A stretch of DNA of 64,000 bases from a bacterium (lineage in GTDB: Bacteria > Ratteibacteria > UBA8468 > B48-G9 > DTJG01), in assembly GCA_021800535.1 (NCBI GenBank), contig JAJYYV010000001.1:1389-65388 (forward strand), written 5' to 3'. Numbering within the stretch: position 1 is the stretch's first letter; every line of letters starts with the position of its first letter. The position numbers and the translations under genes were made by a program. Positions 11,021 through 22,300 of this stretch are shown here, piece by piece. Under the pieces are notes generated by a model, which was not told the DNA's origin, searched no databases, and saw nothing but the letters and a program-made list of their open reading frames with translations.

Positions 11021-11882
11021 TGGTAAGATTATTAATTCTGAAAATCTTACCCTGGATAAATTAACAAGGGGATTTTTATATGGGGATGGAATTTTTGAAA
11101 CAATGAGGTCTCAGGAATATAAAATTTTTAGATTTCCTGATTACTTAGAACGACTATTAAATAGTGTGAAATCTGTAAATCTTTCTCTTCCTTTTAGTCC
11201 AGATGAAATTCAGATGCAGATAGAAAACTTTTTACGATTATTAAAAATTCCAGATACATACATAAGACTTACCTTGTGGAGAAAACAACCCGATTCATTT
11301 GACCCTTTGACTGAAATGGGCTCCAATTATCTTGTAACTGTTCGTCCACTGGTTAAAATTCCCACTGTTTTATATAAAAAGGGTATATCCTGTATGATAG
11401 AAAAAAAATTCAGAAAAAATGAATTTTCTCCTATTTCCCATATAAAATCCCTTTCTTTTCTTGAAAATGTTTTATATAGACAGCAGGCACATCTTTCAGA
11501 AACCAAAGAAACAATACTTTTAAATACCTCAGAATTTTTGGCAGAAGCCTCTGTATCAAATATCTTTTTTATAAAAAATAATATTATTTTTACACCTTCT
11601 GTTTCCTGTGGAATTGTTCCCGGTATAATGAGAAAAACAGTATTGGAAATAACAAAGGATTTAGGGATTGAGATAAAACAGGGTAAGTACAAGTCCTCAG
11701 AAATTAAAAAAGCCGATGAGGTTTTTCTTACAAATACCTTAATAGAAGTCCTGCCAGTGACAAAAATAGATGATGTAAGAATAAACAATGGTAAAATTGG
11801 TAAATTAACCAAATTGATTTCAAAAGAGATAATAAAAAGATATTTTTCAAAAAAATGTTATAATAAAAAACCTATTTTATAA
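10998..11882 (+). CDS. pabC: Aminodeoxychorismate lyase / class IV aminotransferase
   Basis: GDGIFETMR class-IV fold signature. Start overlaps the pabB stop, suggesting translational coupling. Confidence 0.7.
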   Translation: MTGKCIFNGKIINSENLTLDKLTRGFLYGDGIFETMRSQEYKIFRFPDYLERLLNSVKSVNLSLPFSPDEIQMQIENFLRLLKIPDTYIRLTLWRKQPDSFDPLTEMGSNYLVTVRPLVKIPTVLYKKGISCMIEKKFRKNEFSPISHIKSLSFLENVLYRQQAHLSETKETILLNTSEFLAEASVSNIFFIKNNIIFTPSVSCGIVPGIMRKTVLEITKDLGIEIKQGKYKSSEIKKADEVFLTNTLIEVLPVTKIDDVRINNGKIGKLTKLISKEIIKRYFSKKCYNKKPIL

Positions 11883-11907
11883 ATTTTATTTCACAGGAGA
11901 CTATAAA

Positions 11908-13047
11908 GTGAAGTGGACACAATCTTTTATCAGAACTTTTAGGGAGCCGCCTGCTGATGCTGAAACCATAAGCCAGAAGCTTATGCATCAGACAGGTATG
12001 ATTGATAAGCTTATTTCCGGTGTTTATTCTTTTCTTCCAATTGGTTTAAAGGTGCTGCAGAAAGTATCAAATATTATTAGAGAAGAAATGAACAATGCAG
12101 GAGGTTTAGAACTTTTGATGCCTTCTTTACAGCCTGCATCTTTATGGGAGGAGACAGGTCGTTATGGAAAAATGGGTAAGGATATGATTACTTTTCAGGA
12201 TAGAAGAGACAGATGTATTCTTTTAGGCCCTACCCATGAAGAGGTAATAACAGATATTATTCGCAAATATGTAAAAAGCTGGAAACAGATGCCTGTACTT
12301 CTTTATCAGATTCAGACAAAATACAGAGATGAAATAAGACCCAGATTTGGAATTATAAGGGCAAGAGAATTTTTAATGAAGGATGCTTATAGTTTTGATG
12401 TTGATGATAAATCTTCAGAAATATCCTATTTTAAAATGAAGGATACATATATAAAAATATTTCAAAGGTGTGGCCTTAAAACAGATATTAAACAGGCGGA
12501 TTCAGGTGTTATTGGCGGTAAATTTTCTGAAGAGTTTATAGCAGAAGGTCAATGTGCAGAACTGGAGGTTGGTCATATTTTTAAATTAGGAATGGAATAT
12601 AGCACAAAAATGAAAGCAGTTTTTAATGATAAAGAAGGAAAAGAAAAACCAATTATAATGGGTTGTTATGGTATAGGGGTAAGCAGGATTGTTTCTGCTA
12701 TAATTGAAGGCAATTATGATAATAAAGGAATTATCTGGCCCATTTCTGTTTCTCCTTACCAGGTTCTTATTCTTCCTTTAAAAAGCGGAGAAGAAAAAGA
12801 AATGGCAGAAAAGATATATGAAAATTTAAAAAAACCAGGATGGGAGGTTTTACTTGATGACAGGGATGAATCAGCAGGTATTAAATTTTCAGATGGGGAC
12901 CTTTTGGGAATTCCCATTTGGTTAATTTTTGGTAAGAAATTAAAAGAAGGCAAGGTGGAAGTAAAACTTAGAAAAAATAATAAATTTTATGATGTGCCTA
13001 TAGAAAATATAGAACAATTTATAAAAGATATATTAAAGGAGTTATAA
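11908..13047 (+). CDS. proS: Prolyl-tRNA synthetase, short form without editing insertion
   Basis: GTG start at 11908 with AGGAGA RBS. N-terminus TQSFIRTFREPPADAETISQKLMHQTGMI matches the conserved ProS N-terminus. C-terminal anticodon-binding region present. At 379 aa it is unusually short. Confidence 0.7.
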   Translation: MKWTQSFIRTFREPPADAETISQKLMHQTGMIDKLISGVYSFLPIGLKVLQKVSNIIREEMNNAGGLELLMPSLQPASLWEETGRYGKMGKDMITFQDRRDRCILLGPTHEEVITDIIRKYVKSWKQMPVLLYQIQTKYRDEIRPRFGIIRAREFLMKDAYSFDVDDKSSEISYFKMKDTYIKIFQRCGLKTDIKQADSGVIGGKFSEEFIAEGQCAELEVGHIFKLGMEYSTKMKAVFNDKEGKEKPIIMGCYGIGVSRIVSAIIEGNYDNKGIIWPISVSPYQVLILPLKSGEEKEMAEKIYENLKKPGWEVLLDDRDESAGIKFSDGDLLGIPIWLIFGKKLKEGKVEVKLRKNNKFYDVPIENIEQFIKDILKEL

Positions 13048-13055
13048 TAAATTTT

Positions 13056-13808
13056 ATGAATAAACTAAAAGAAGGTTTTATCTTTGATAATAATTCACTG
13101 AAAATGGCAGGTGTAATTTTTTTCTGGACATTTTTAGTATTTTTGCTAACAAAAAATATTCCAGGTATAGTACCGCAGACAATTACCACTATACAATATC
13201 AAACATTTTTTTTACTTTTATCGTTGATGCTTATTGAAAATTATTTAACTTGTGCTATATATGGTTCTTTAAATGATATAACTTCATCTGTAGATTTCCA
13301 ATGGAAGAAATTTTTCTATTATGGCAGATATTATTTTGGACGATTTTTGCTTGTGAAAATTTTTCTTGTTTTATTTTTAATATTTATTTTTTTATTAGGG
13401 GGTCTTCTTGTTGGAAGTTTAAAATATATCCCACCTGATTTTCAAACACTGTTATATATTATTTTTGTGTTATGGCTTGGTTTCCCTTTGTTCCTTTTTT
13501 GTCTTGCACTTTTTTCTCCTCTTATTATTTTTCTTGAAGATTGTTCTGTTCTTACCAGTTTTAAAAAAAGTTTTAATTTTCTAAAAATTTATCTTGGAAA
13601 TGTAATGTTAATAACTATTTTATTTGGAATTATAATATTTTTTGTTAATTTTTCATTTAAAGGATATAATTTTAATAGCTGGCCAGGATGGTTTTTAAAA
13701 TCTGCAATTTTAGGCTTTGGAGGAACAGGATTTATAAAAACATATTTTTATTTTTATAAAAGTATAAAACATTCCACTTCAGAAATTGGGCAGGAGAAAC
13801 TTTTATAA
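13056..13808 (+). CDS. Hypothetical membrane protein
   Basis: 250 aa, several TM helices, no recognisable motif. Confidence 0.4.
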   Translation: MNKLKEGFIFDNNSLKMAGVIFFWTFLVFLLTKNIPGIVPQTITTIQYQTFFLLLSLMLIENYLTCAIYGSLNDITSSVDFQWKKFFYYGRYYFGRFLLVKIFLVLFLIFIFLLGGLLVGSLKYIPPDFQTLLYIIFVLWLGFPLFLFCLALFSPLIIFLEDCSVLTSFKKSFNFLKIYLGNVMLITILFGIIIFFVNFSFKGYNFNSWPGWFLKSAILGFGGTGFIKTYFYFYKSIKHSTSEIGQEKLL

Positions 13809-13841
13809 AATAAAGAAAAAGAATAGAAGGAACATAATCAA

Positions 13842-14414
13842 ATGAAAGAAAGATATGAAATCAGATGGCACGGAAGAGGGGGCCAGGGAGCAAAAACTGC
13901 TGCTCTTCTGTTTGGAGATGCAGCATGTTCAACTGGAAAATATCTTCAGGCTTTTCCTGAATATGGCCCGGAAAGAATGGGAGCTCCTGTGGTTTCTTTT
14001 AACAGAATAAGCAGTCAACCAATAAGAACGCATATACCTGTTACAAATCCTGATGTTGTTGTTGTTTTGGATGTGTCTTTGGTGGAACAGGTGGATGTGG
14101 TTTCAGGATTGAATCCTACAGATGGAATTTTACTTGTAAATACTTTCCAGGGTTCACAAGAGATTAAGAAAAAACTGAATTTTACCGGCAGAGCATATAC
14201 TGTAGATGCTTCCAAAATTTCTCTTGATACAATTGGACGAAATATTCCCAACACACCTATGATTGGAGCTCTGATAAAAGTCACTCAATTATTAAATATT
14301 GATGAAGTTCTTTCAGATATTAGAAAAAAATTAGAAGTAAAATTTAGAAATAGACCAGAAGTAATAGAAGGTAATATAAAAGCAATAGAGAAGGCTTATA
14401 ATGAAGTAAAATAA
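13842..14414 (+). CDS. porG: Pyruvate/2-oxoacid:ferredoxin oxidoreductase gamma subunit
   Basis: GRGGQGAKTAALLFGDAA...FPEYGPERMGAPVVSFNRIS is typical of the gamma subunit. Confidence 0.8.
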   Translation: MKERYEIRWHGRGGQGAKTAALLFGDAACSTGKYLQAFPEYGPERMGAPVVSFNRISSQPIRTHIPVTNPDVVVVLDVSLVEQVDVVSGLNPTDGILLVNTFQGSQEIKKKLNFTGRAYTVDASKISLDTIGRNIPNTPMIGALIKVTQLLNIDEVLSDIRKKLEVKFRNRPEVIEGNIKAIEKAYNEVK

Positions 14415-14431
14415 GAAAGGATATTATAAAA

Positions 14432-14716
14432 ATGGAAGAAAAAAAATTAACATGGAAACAACTTCCACAGGGAGATGTTTTAGAAGCGGGGACCTCTTTA
14501 AAGTTTAAAACAGGTAATTGGAGAAGTATAAAACCTGTTCATATTCCTGAAAAATGTATTAACTGTTTAATATGCTGGATGGCATGTCCGGATATGGCAG
14601 TAAAAACAAAAGATGATAAATTTTCTCACTTTGATTATGATTTCTGTAAAGGCTGTGGAATATGTGCTCATGAATGTCCAACAGAAGCGATAAAGATGGA
14701 AAAGGAAGGCAAATGA
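14432..14716 (+). CDS. porD: Pyruvate:ferredoxin oxidoreductase delta subunit (2x[4Fe-4S] ferredoxin)
   Basis: Two cluster motifs: CINCLICWMACP and CKGCGICAHECP. Sits directly downstream of porG. Confidence 0.8.
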   Translation: MEEKKLTWKQLPQGDVLEAGTSLKFKTGNWRSIKPVHIPEKCINCLICWMACPDMAVKTKDDKFSHFDYDFCKGCGICAHECPTEAIKMEKEGK

Positions 14717-15018
14717 AAAAAAAGATTCTTATATGGGTAATAATAATTGTATGTATTTCCGGATGGATTGCGTTTTTTATAGAGTATGGTATCTCTTATG
14801 AAAAAATAAAACATATTAAAGCGAAAAATTTAGAGTTAACCAGCAGATTAAAATATGTTAAGTCCGTTTCCCAGAATCTTAATGCCACTATAAGTATTAT
14901 AGATAAAACTATTGGGGATCTTCAGCAGATAAAAACAGGACTTATTGGAACAAAAAAAAGATTAGAGATAGTTGGTAATACCGGAAAAACTATAAATAAA
15001 AAACCCCAGAAAAAATAA
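14713..15018 (+). CDS. Small single-pass membrane protein, unknown function
   Basis: ATGA start/stop overlap with porD. MKKKILIWVIIIVCISGWIAFF is a TM helix followed by a charged coiled-coil-like tail. It occupies the position where porA would normally be. Confidence 0.4.
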   Translation: MKKKILIWVIIIVCISGWIAFFIEYGISYEKIKHIKAKNLELTSRLKYVKSVSQNLNATISIIDKTIGDLQQIKTGLIGTKKRLEIVGNTGKTINKKPQKK

Positions 15019-15122
15019 AAATTCACAACATAAGATAGAAGAGACCTCTGAAAAAGTCTATATGATAAGTTTGGATTGTCTTTTCAGCCAAAGGCTGATC
15101 CGCTGTAGTGAACAGTAAATAT

Positions 15123-15731
15123 TTACATTTTTTTTTTATTTAAAGGAACTCTGAATTCATAAGGGAAAACCTTATTATAAAATTTCATAAAGTATTTATT
15201 AAACTGTCCAAAAATATCTTTCCATGTCCAGATTATTATTGTAGAAATAATGCTAACTATAAAAGAACCTGCTATATCAAAAGGAAAGTGGACACCTACA
15301 AAAACTCTTGCAAGTCCCCCAATTACAGCCAGACAGAAAAAAACTATTCCTGAAGTTTTATGCTGGGTAAAGAAAAAAATTGCGAAAGATATTGCAAACA
15401 TAAAGGTAGCATGGTCAGATGGAAAAGAAGAATCTGGTTTATGTGGTATTAATAATTTGCCAAGATGCAGCATAAATGGTCTTGGATGAAAATAAAAAAG
15501 ACCAATTAAAAAATTTATAAACAACCCGACAATAGCGGTCCAGACAATCAATAAAAGATTTTGTCTGTAAATATCATCTGTGTTTTTGAAAAACCAATAA
15601 TATAAAAGTAAAGCAATAAAAAGCAAAGGCAAATATATAGCCAGCAGTTTAACAATTGCATCAAGAGTTGGATTGATTCCTGCGAACCTGTTTATATCCA
15701 AAAACAAGGAATCGTTGATTTGATTTAACAT
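15123..15731 (-). CDS. PAP2 family phosphatase (undecaprenyl-diphosphatase/PgpB-like)
   Basis: PAP2 motifs KPDSSFPSDHATFMF and GVHFPFD. Multi-TM. Confidence 0.7.
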   Translation of the reverse strand: MLNQINDSLFLDINRFAGINPTLDAIVKLLAIYLPLLFIALLLYYWFFKNTDDIYRQNLLLIVWTAIVGLFINFLIGLFYFHPRPFMLHLGKLLIPHKPDSSFPSDHATFMFAISFAIFFFTQHKTSGIVFFCLAVIGGLARVFVGVHFPFDIAGSFIVSIISTIIIWTWKDIFGQFNKYFMKFYNKVFPYEFRVPLNKKKM

Positions 15732-15737
15732 AATTTA

Positions 15738-16493
15738 TTATGTTTCCTTTTCATTTTTTACCATCATAAGACGGAAAATCCAAAAAGCTCCAATTAAAAA
15801 TATTATAACTCCTAAAATTTGTGTTGTGTATAAATTAAAAAAAGATGTAGGTATAAGGTCTCCGCGTAATCCATCCAATCCATATCTTAAACTTCCATAT
15901 AAAATAAGATACCAGCCTATTATTTCTCCATCTTTATGCTTTCCTTTGTAGAATAGAAAAAGGATTAAAAATATTATTAGATTTCCTATTAATTCAAATA
16001 AAGCTACAGGATATACTTTATATAAAAGAAAAGGGAACCTGATTCCCCAATTACTTGTGGTTTTTATTCCATAGAAACATCCACCAAGAAAACAACCGAA
16101 CATTCCTATTGCCTGCCCAATAGGAGCGCTTAAGGATAATATATCTAAAGTGGCAAATACATTTGTTTTATATATATTTAAAAAAGATATAAGCGCTATG
16201 AGAGCAACAATAACAGAGCCTTCCATAGATAAAGCTCCATCTCTTATATTAAAGATTTCAAAAGGATGGGAGATATAATAATGATAATTAATAAGAACAC
16301 TAACAAGTCTGGCTCCAACTATGCCATAAAATATAGTGATAAAAATAATCTTATATATATCTGTAGCGTTCAAAGACAATTTTTCTTTTGCCAGATTCTG
16401 AAATATAAGACTACTAATAACAATTCCTATAGCCAGCATTATTCCATACCAATAAATAACAAAATTACCTATTTTGAACAGTACAGGTGCCAT
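15738..16493 (-). CDS. lgt: Prolipoprotein diacylglyceryl transferase
   Basis: N-terminus PVLFKIGNFVIYWYGIMLAIG resembles the Lgt N-terminus. Polytopic, ~250 aa, directly upstream of lspA. Confidence 0.75.
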   Translation of the reverse strand: MAPVLFKIGNFVIYWYGIMLAIGIVISSLIFQNLAKEKLSLNATDIYKIIFITIFYGIVGARLVSVLINYHYYISHPFEIFNIRDGALSMEGSVIVALIALISFLNIYKTNVFATLDILSLSAPIGQAIGMFGCFLGGCFYGIKTTSNWGIRFPFLLYKVYPVALFELIGNLIIFLILFLFYKGKHKDGEIIGWYLILYGSLRYGLDGLRGDLIPTSFFNLYTTQILGVIIFLIGAFWIFRLMMVKNEKET

Positions 16494-16944
16494 TTTTTCT
16501 CCAGGCTTGTAAAATGTATAAACATACTCCTATTACAATACAGCAATCCGCTAAATTAAATACAGGCCAGACTCTAAGATTTATGTAATCAATAACAGCA
16601 TGATACCGAATTCTGTCAAAAAGATTTCCAAGTATACCTCCTGCTATTAATCCAAGACTTATAAATTCTAATTCTGATAAAGCATGAGATATTTTATGTA
16701 TAAAAATAATTATTAATAAAACAGCAATAATAGAAAATAATATTATAATAGATTCAGCTCCTTCTTTATTAAAAAAACCCCACACTATTCCTTTATTTCT
16801 AATATTTGTTATATATAAAAAAGAAAAGATTTTTATTGAAGAATTTTCAGGAATTTTTATATTTATAAAAAATTTTAAAAGTCTGTCAGAAAAAAAAACA
16901 GATACAACGGTAAGATAAAAAATTTTTTTAGAAAATTTCTTCAA
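16465..16944 (-). CDS. lspA: Lipoprotein signal peptidase II
   Basis: Conserved NKGIVWGFF and VFNLADCCIVIGV motifs. 4 TM, ~160 aa. Confidence 0.8.
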   Translation of the reverse strand: MKKFSKKIFYLTVVSVFFSDRLLKFFINIKIPENSSIKIFSFLYITNIRNKGIVWGFFNKEGAESIIILFSIIAVLLIIIFIHKISHALSELEFISLGLIAGGILGNLFDRIRYHAVIDYINLRVWPVFNLADCCIVIGVCLYILQAWRKNGTCTVQNR

Positions 16945-17333
16945 CCAGAATTCTCCTTTTTTTCTATATTATTTTGACATTTTATACAATATTTTGCATA
17001 AGGTATGGCTTTTAATCTTTTAATAGGTATAGGTTGATGACAGATTTCACATACTCCATATTTTTTCTGGTCTATTTTTTTCATGGCATCTTCTATAAGT
17101 TGAAGTATATTACTTTCTGAAGATGTAAGGTCAATCTCTAAATCTTTTTCAGTTGCATCGCTGCCAAGTTCTGCAATATGGGTAGGAACTCCAACAGTAT
17201 CTGATGCATTTCCCCTTAAGTTGTTTTCAGTTGTTTCTTCCAGTTGCCCTAAACTTTTTAAAATTCTTATTTTTTGTTTAAGTAATATATCTTTAAATTC
17301 TTTTGTCTGCACTGGTTTCCCCCTTAATTTCAT
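16941..17333 (-). CDS. DksA/TraR family C4-type zinc-finger protein
   Basis: C-terminal CEICHQPIPIKRLKAIPYAKYCIKCQ four-Cys finger. Acidic coiled-coil N-terminus. Confidence 0.7.
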   Translation of the reverse strand: MKLRGKPVQTKEFKDILLKQKIRILKSLGQLEETTENNLRGNASDTVGVPTHIAELGSDATEKDLEIDLTSSESNILQLIEDAMKKIDQKKYGVCEICHQPIPIKRLKAIPYAKYCIKCQNNIEKKENSG

Positions 17334-17365
17334 AAGTATTTATTCTAAATTAAAAGTTTAAAAAA

Positions 17366-19819
17366 TCAGGATTTTTCTTCTTCTTCAGCTGATACAACGG
17401 CGATATCAGCTATTTCATCTCCGCTGTCAAGGTTTATTAGTTTGACTCCCTGTGTATTTCTGCCAATTTTTCTAACTTCTTCTATAGGAACTCTTATTAT
17501 TATGCCATTTCTTGTAAGAATAATAATTTCATCATTATTTCCTACAATCTTTGTTTGAACAAGATTCCCTGTTTTTTGAGTTATCTTCAGGTCTATAATA
17601 CCTTTTCCTCCTCTTCTTTGTCTTCTATAAAATTTCAGGTAGCTTCTTTTTCCAATTCCTTTGCAAGAAACAGAGAGAATATCCCCCTGTGGATTTTCTG
17701 AAGAAAAAACTTCCCCGCTGATTACTTCATCATTTGTTTTTTTAAATCTTATACCTATAACTCCTATACCTGTTCTTCCAATTTCTCTTGCCTGTTTTTC
17801 AAAAAATCTTATACACAGTCCCTGTTTTGTAAAAAGCATTATATCCTGGGTTCCATCTGTAAGTTTAACATCAATAAGTTTATCTCCTGGTTTTAGATTG
17901 ATCCCTATAATACCTTTTTGTCTTGGATGGCTATAATGAATAAGTTTTGTCTTTTTTACTATACCCTTTTTTGTAAGCATTAATAAATATTTATCAGAAG
18001 AAAATTCATTGACAGGAATAATAGAGGCGATTTTTTCTTCCGGAGGTATCTGTAAAAGATTTACAAGGGGTTTACCTCTTGCTATTCTTGTAGCTTCTGG
18101 TAGAAGATAGGCTTTAATCCAGTGAACTTTTCCTGTTTCTGTAAAAATTAAAAGCTGGTCAATAGTAGAACAGGTAAATAGATGTTTTACAAAATCCTCT
18201 TCTTTTGTCTGGACACCAATAATACCTTTTCCTCCCCGTCTTTGTCTTCTATATGTTTCCAGTGGTAATCTTTTTATATACCCATGGTATGATATAGTAA
18301 CAACTATATCTTCGGGTCTTATAAAATCCATTTCTGTCATTTCTCTTATTTCTTCTGCTATTTCTGTTTTTCTTTCATCTCCAAATTTTTTTTTCAGATA
18401 TTCCAGTTCTTCTTCAATTAAGGCATCAATTTTCTTTTTATTTGCAAGAATATCTTTTAATTCAGCGATTTTCTTCTCAATTTCTTTTAATTCATTTTCA
18501 ATTTTTTCTCTTTCAAGTTTGGTTAATCTTCCCAGAGGCATTTCAAGGATGGCATTTGCCTGTTTTTCGCTAAGTTTAAATTCTGTTTGCAGAAGTGTTC
18601 TTGCTTCTTCAAGGCTACTGGAACCTCTAATAATTTTTATAATCTTATCTATATAATCAACGGCAATTTTTAATCCTAAAAGTATATGATGTCTTTCTTC
18701 TGCTTTTCTCAGGTCATACTGGGTTCTTTTTGTAATAATATCTCTTCTATGGTTAATAAAAAGAATCAATATATCTTTTAAGGGTAAAAGTTTGGGTTGT
18801 TTATTTACAATAGCCAGATTAATAATTCCATAAGAAGTTTGAAGCTGTGTGTGTTTATATAGTTGATTTATAATAATATCTGTATTTTCCCCCTTTTTAG
18901 TTTCAAGAACTATTCTCATTCCTTCTTTATCTGATTCATCCCGGACAGTAGAAATCCCTACAATCTTTTTCTCATCAACCAGAGCGGCAATATTTTCTAT
19001 AAGTGTGCTTTTATTTACTTCATAAGGTATTTCTGTAATAATAATATTTGTGTGATTTTTTTCTTCTTCAACATTTATTCTGCCTCTTAATATAATAATT
19101 CCTTTTCCGGTTTTATATGCTTCATGTATCCCCTGTTTGCCGCATATTATACCGCCGGTGGGGAAATCCGGGGCGGGTAGGGTTTCCATAATTTCCTCTA
19201 CAGAAATATCAGGATTTTTCAGGGTTTTTATAAGAACATTTGCTACTTCTGTAAGGTTATGCGGCGGCATATTTGTTGCCATACCTACAGCAATTCCAGA
19301 AGACCCGTTTATTAAAAGGTTAGGAACCTTGCTGGGCATCACAGAAGGTTCTAACAAGGATTCATCAAAATTTGGAACAAACAAAACTGTTTCTTTTTCA
19401 ATATCTGCAAGAATTTCCATTGCCAGAGGGCTTAATCTTGCTTCTGTATATCTCATTGCTGCAGGAGGGTCCCCATCAATTGACCCAAAGTTGCCCTGCC
19501 CATCAACAAGAGGATATCTTAGACTGAAACTCTGAGCCATTCTTGCGATTGATTCATATATAGCTGCATCCCCGTGTGGGTGATATTTTCCCATTACTTC
19601 TCCAACAATACGGGCACTTTTTTTAAAAGGCTTCCCGGATTCTACACCTAATTCAAGCATTCCATAAAGTATTCTTCTATGAACAGGTTTTAGCCCATCT
19701 TTTATTTCTGGCAATGCGCGGCCAACAATAACACTCATGGCATAATCCAGGTATGAATTCTTCATTTCTTCTTCTATGCCAACCGTAATTATTCTTTCTT
19801 TGTTTTGGTTTTCTTCCAA
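17366..19819 (-). CDS. gyrA: DNA gyrase subunit A
   Basis: [26 protein letters not shown], active-site region HPHGD, C-terminal beta-pinwheel repeats. 817 aa. Confidence 0.97.
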   Translation of the reverse strand: MEENQNKERIITVGIEEEMKNSYLDYAMSVIVGRALPEIKDGLKPVHRRILYGMLELGVESGKPFKKSARIVGEVMGKYHPHGDAAIYESIARMAQSFSLRYPLVDGQGNFGSIDGDPPAAMRYTEARLSPLAMEILADIEKETVLFVPNFDESLLEPSVMPSKVPNLLINGSSGIAVGMATNMPPHNLTEVANVLIKTLKNPDISVEEIMETLPAPDFPTGGIICGKQGIHEAYKTGKGIIILRGRINVEEEKNHTNIIITEIPYEVNKSTLIENIAALVDEKKIVGISTVRDESDKEGMRIVLETKKGENTDIIINQLYKHTQLQTSYGIINLAIVNKQPKLLPLKDILILFINHRRDIITKRTQYDLRKAEERHHILLGLKIAVDYIDKIIKIIRGSSSLEEARTLLQTEFKLSEKQANAILEMPLGRLTKLEREKIENELKEIEKKIAELKDILANKKKIDALIEEELEYLKKKFGDERKTEIAEEIREMTEMDFIRPEDIVVTISYHGYIKRLPLETYRRQRRGGKGIIGVQTKEEDFVKHLFTCSTIDQLLIFTETGKVHWIKAYLLPEATRIARGKPLVNLLQIPPEEKIASIIPVNEFSSDKYLLMLTKKGIVKKTKLIHYSHPRQKGIIGINLKPGDKLIDVKLTDGTQDIMLFTKQGLCIRFFEKQAREIGRTGIGVIGIRFKKTNDEVISGEVFSSENPQGDILSVSCKGIGKRSYLKFYRRQRRGGKGIIDLKITQKTGNLVQTKIVGNNDEIIILTRNGIIIRVPIEEVRKIGRNTQGVKLINLDSGDEIADIAVVSAEEEEKS

Positions 19820-19828
19820 AATTCCTCC

Positions 19829-22225
19829 TTAAATATCTATATTCTTTGCTTCCAGAGCATTAGAATAAATAAAGTTTTTACGTGGTTCAACCTGTTCTCC
19901 CATTAAAATTGTAAATAAATCTTCTGCTTTTATAGCATCTTCCACACTGATTTTTTTTAACATCCTGTTTTTTACATCCATGGTTGTTTCCCATAATTGC
20001 TGGGGATTCATTTCCCCCAATCCTTTGTATCTTTGAATATTAAGACCCTTTTTACCATTTTCTTTTATTTCATCAAAAATTTTCTCAAAGGCAACTTCAT
20101 AATCTTTGGCTTCCTTTTTTATAATAAATTTTTCCTCCCAGAAAAGGTTATTCAAGCCAAGCTTTTTTGCTTCAGAGACGATTTTTTCACATTCTCTGAA
20201 TTCAAAAATCTCTGTTAGTTTGTATACACCTGAAAAAAGAGATTGATTGTTTAATTGATTTTTTTCCATAAATTGAGACAATTCATCATCAGAATAAAAA
20301 TAATATTCATTACTGTTAAGATTAATTTTATATGCTGGAAGAGAGCCTGTTTTTTCATCCAACTTTTTCATATATTTTTTGATATCAAGATTTTTTTTGG
20401 AAAATACAACAGAAAGTTCTGTAAATCTTTTTGAAATTCCGGCAATCTTTTTTATTTCAGCATGCGTTAACTGTTTTTTGGAATGTTTTATATAAACATC
20501 TAACTTTTCACTACCAAGGTCCAGAAGAATATTTTCCATGTGGGATTCTGTTTCAACATACATTTCTTTTTTCCCCCTTTTAACCTTATAAAGGGGTGGT
20601 TGCGCTATATAACAATAACCCTGTTTGATTAATTCAGGCATTTGTCTATAAAAAAATGTAAGTAAAAGAGTTCTGATATGTGCCCCATCTACATCTGCAT
20701 CTGCCATAATAATAACCTTGTTATACCTTATTTTGGAAATATCAAATTCTTCTCCATAACCGGCTCCTATAGCGCTTATTAACATTCTTATTTCATTATT
20801 ATTGAGCACTTTATCCAGCCGTGCCTTTTCAGTGTTTATTATTTTACCTCTTAAGGGAAGGATGGCCTGAAAGGCTCTATCTCTTCCTTGTTTGGCGCTT
20901 CCGCCTGCAGAATCGCCCTCTACAATAAAAATTTCTCTTACTTGCGGGTCTTTACTTGAACAATCAGCTAATTTTCCAGGTAAACTTCCTGTTTCAGAAA
21001 GTTTTTTTCTTGTAAGTTCACGTGCTTTCCTGGCAGCTTCACGTGCCTTGAAAGCTGTGAGAGATTTATTTAAAATATTTCTTGCAAATTCCGGATGTTC
21101 TTCAAGGAAGATATACATTTTTTCAAATGTTATACTTTCCACAACAGGTTTTACACTGGAATTTCCAAGTTTTGTTTTTGTCTGTCCTTCAAACTGGGGT
21201 TCAGGTATTTTTATACTTATTACAGCAGTTAATCCTTCTCTTATATCTTCTCCACCTAAGGTGGTGGCAGGTTCAAGTAATTGATATTTTTTACCGTATT
21301 CATTAATACTTCTGGTAAGTCCGCTTCTAAACCCTGTCAGGTGGGTTCCCCCTTCTTTGGTATTTACATTGTTTACAAAAGAAAGAATTGTTTCATTATA
21401 CCCATCATTATACTGTAAAGCAATTTCCACTTCTGTATTTTCATCTGTTTTCTTAAAACTACAAGGTGGTGTAAATAAAAGTGTTTTATTTTTATTAAGC
21501 TCTTCCACAAAAGACACAAGCCCCCCACCAAATTGAAAAGTTTCCACTCTTCCTTTTCTTTCGTCTTCAAATTTTATTGCAAGTCCTGGATTTAAAAAAG
21601 CCAGCTCTCTTAATCTATTGACAAGAATATTGTCATCAAATTCAACAATTTCAAATATTTCAGGGTCTGGTTTAAAGGTTACTTTGGTTCCTATATCTGT
21701 TGTTTTCCCAATTATTTTAAGCTTTGATACTGGACTTCCTTTTTCATATTTTTGATGATAGATTTGTTCATCTTTTTTTATTTCGACTTCAAGCCATTCT
21801 GATAAAGCATTAACAACAGAAACTCCAACCCCATGAAGACCCCCGGAAACCCTGTATGTTTTTTTATCAAATTTTCCTCCTGCATGAAGCATGGTAAGTA
21901 CCACTTCAACAGCAGGTTTTTTTTCTGTTTTATGTATATCAACAGGTATTCCTCTGCCATTATCATCTACAGAAACACTGTTGTCTGAATGAATAACCAC
22001 TTCTATTAAACTGCAAAAACCAGCCAAACACTCATCTATACTATTATCTATTACTTCATAAACAAGATGATGAAGTCCGGAAATAGATGTATCCCCTATG
22101 TACATAGCAGGTCTTTTTCTGACTGCTTCAATTCCACTTAAAACCTGTATATTGGTTGCATCATATTTTGCCTGAATTTTATTTTCTTCTGCCATAACAC
22201 TCCTTTTGGTACTTGTATTATCCAT
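19829..22225 (-). CDS. gyrB: DNA gyrase subunit B
   Basis: GHKL ATPase N-terminus (GLHHLVYEVIDNSIDE), Toprim region EGDSAGGSAKQGRDR, C-terminal tail. 798 aa, directly upstream of gyrA. Confidence 0.97.
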   Translation of the reverse strand: MDNTSTKRSVMAEENKIQAKYDATNIQVLSGIEAVRKRPAMYIGDTSISGLHHLVYEVIDNSIDECLAGFCSLIEVVIHSDNSVSVDDNGRGIPVDIHKTEKKPAVEVVLTMLHAGGKFDKKTYRVSGGLHGVGVSVVNALSEWLEVEIKKDEQIYHQKYEKGSPVSKLKIIGKTTDIGTKVTFKPDPEIFEIVEFDDNILVNRLRELAFLNPGLAIKFEDERKGRVETFQFGGGLVSFVEELNKNKTLLFTPPCSFKKTDENTEVEIALQYNDGYNETILSFVNNVNTKEGGTHLTGFRSGLTRSINEYGKKYQLLEPATTLGGEDIREGLTAVISIKIPEPQFEGQTKTKLGNSSVKPVVESITFEKMYIFLEEHPEFARNILNKSLTAFKAREAARKARELTRKKLSETGSLPGKLADCSSKDPQVREIFIVEGDSAGGSAKQGRDRAFQAILPLRGKIINTEKARLDKVLNNNEIRMLISAIGAGYGEEFDISKIRYNKVIIMADADVDGAHIRTLLLTFFYRQMPELIKQGYCYIAQPPLYKVKRGKKEMYVETESHMENILLDLGSEKLDVYIKHSKKQLTHAEIKKIAGISKRFTELSVVFSKKNLDIKKYMKKLDEKTGSLPAYKINLNSNEYYFYSDDELSQFMEKNQLNNQSLFSGVYKLTEIFEFRECEKIVSEAKKLGLNNLFWEEKFIIKKEAKDYEVAFEKIFDEIKENGKKGLNIQRYKGLGEMNPQQLWETTMDVKNRMLKKISVEDAIKAEDLFTILMGEQVEPRKNFIYSNALEAKNIDI

Positions 22226-22300
22226 TAAACCAAATTAAACTTATCCGAATATTTTACCATTTTTTATAATAAAATCAAATGAGTAATAGAAAAACATTAT

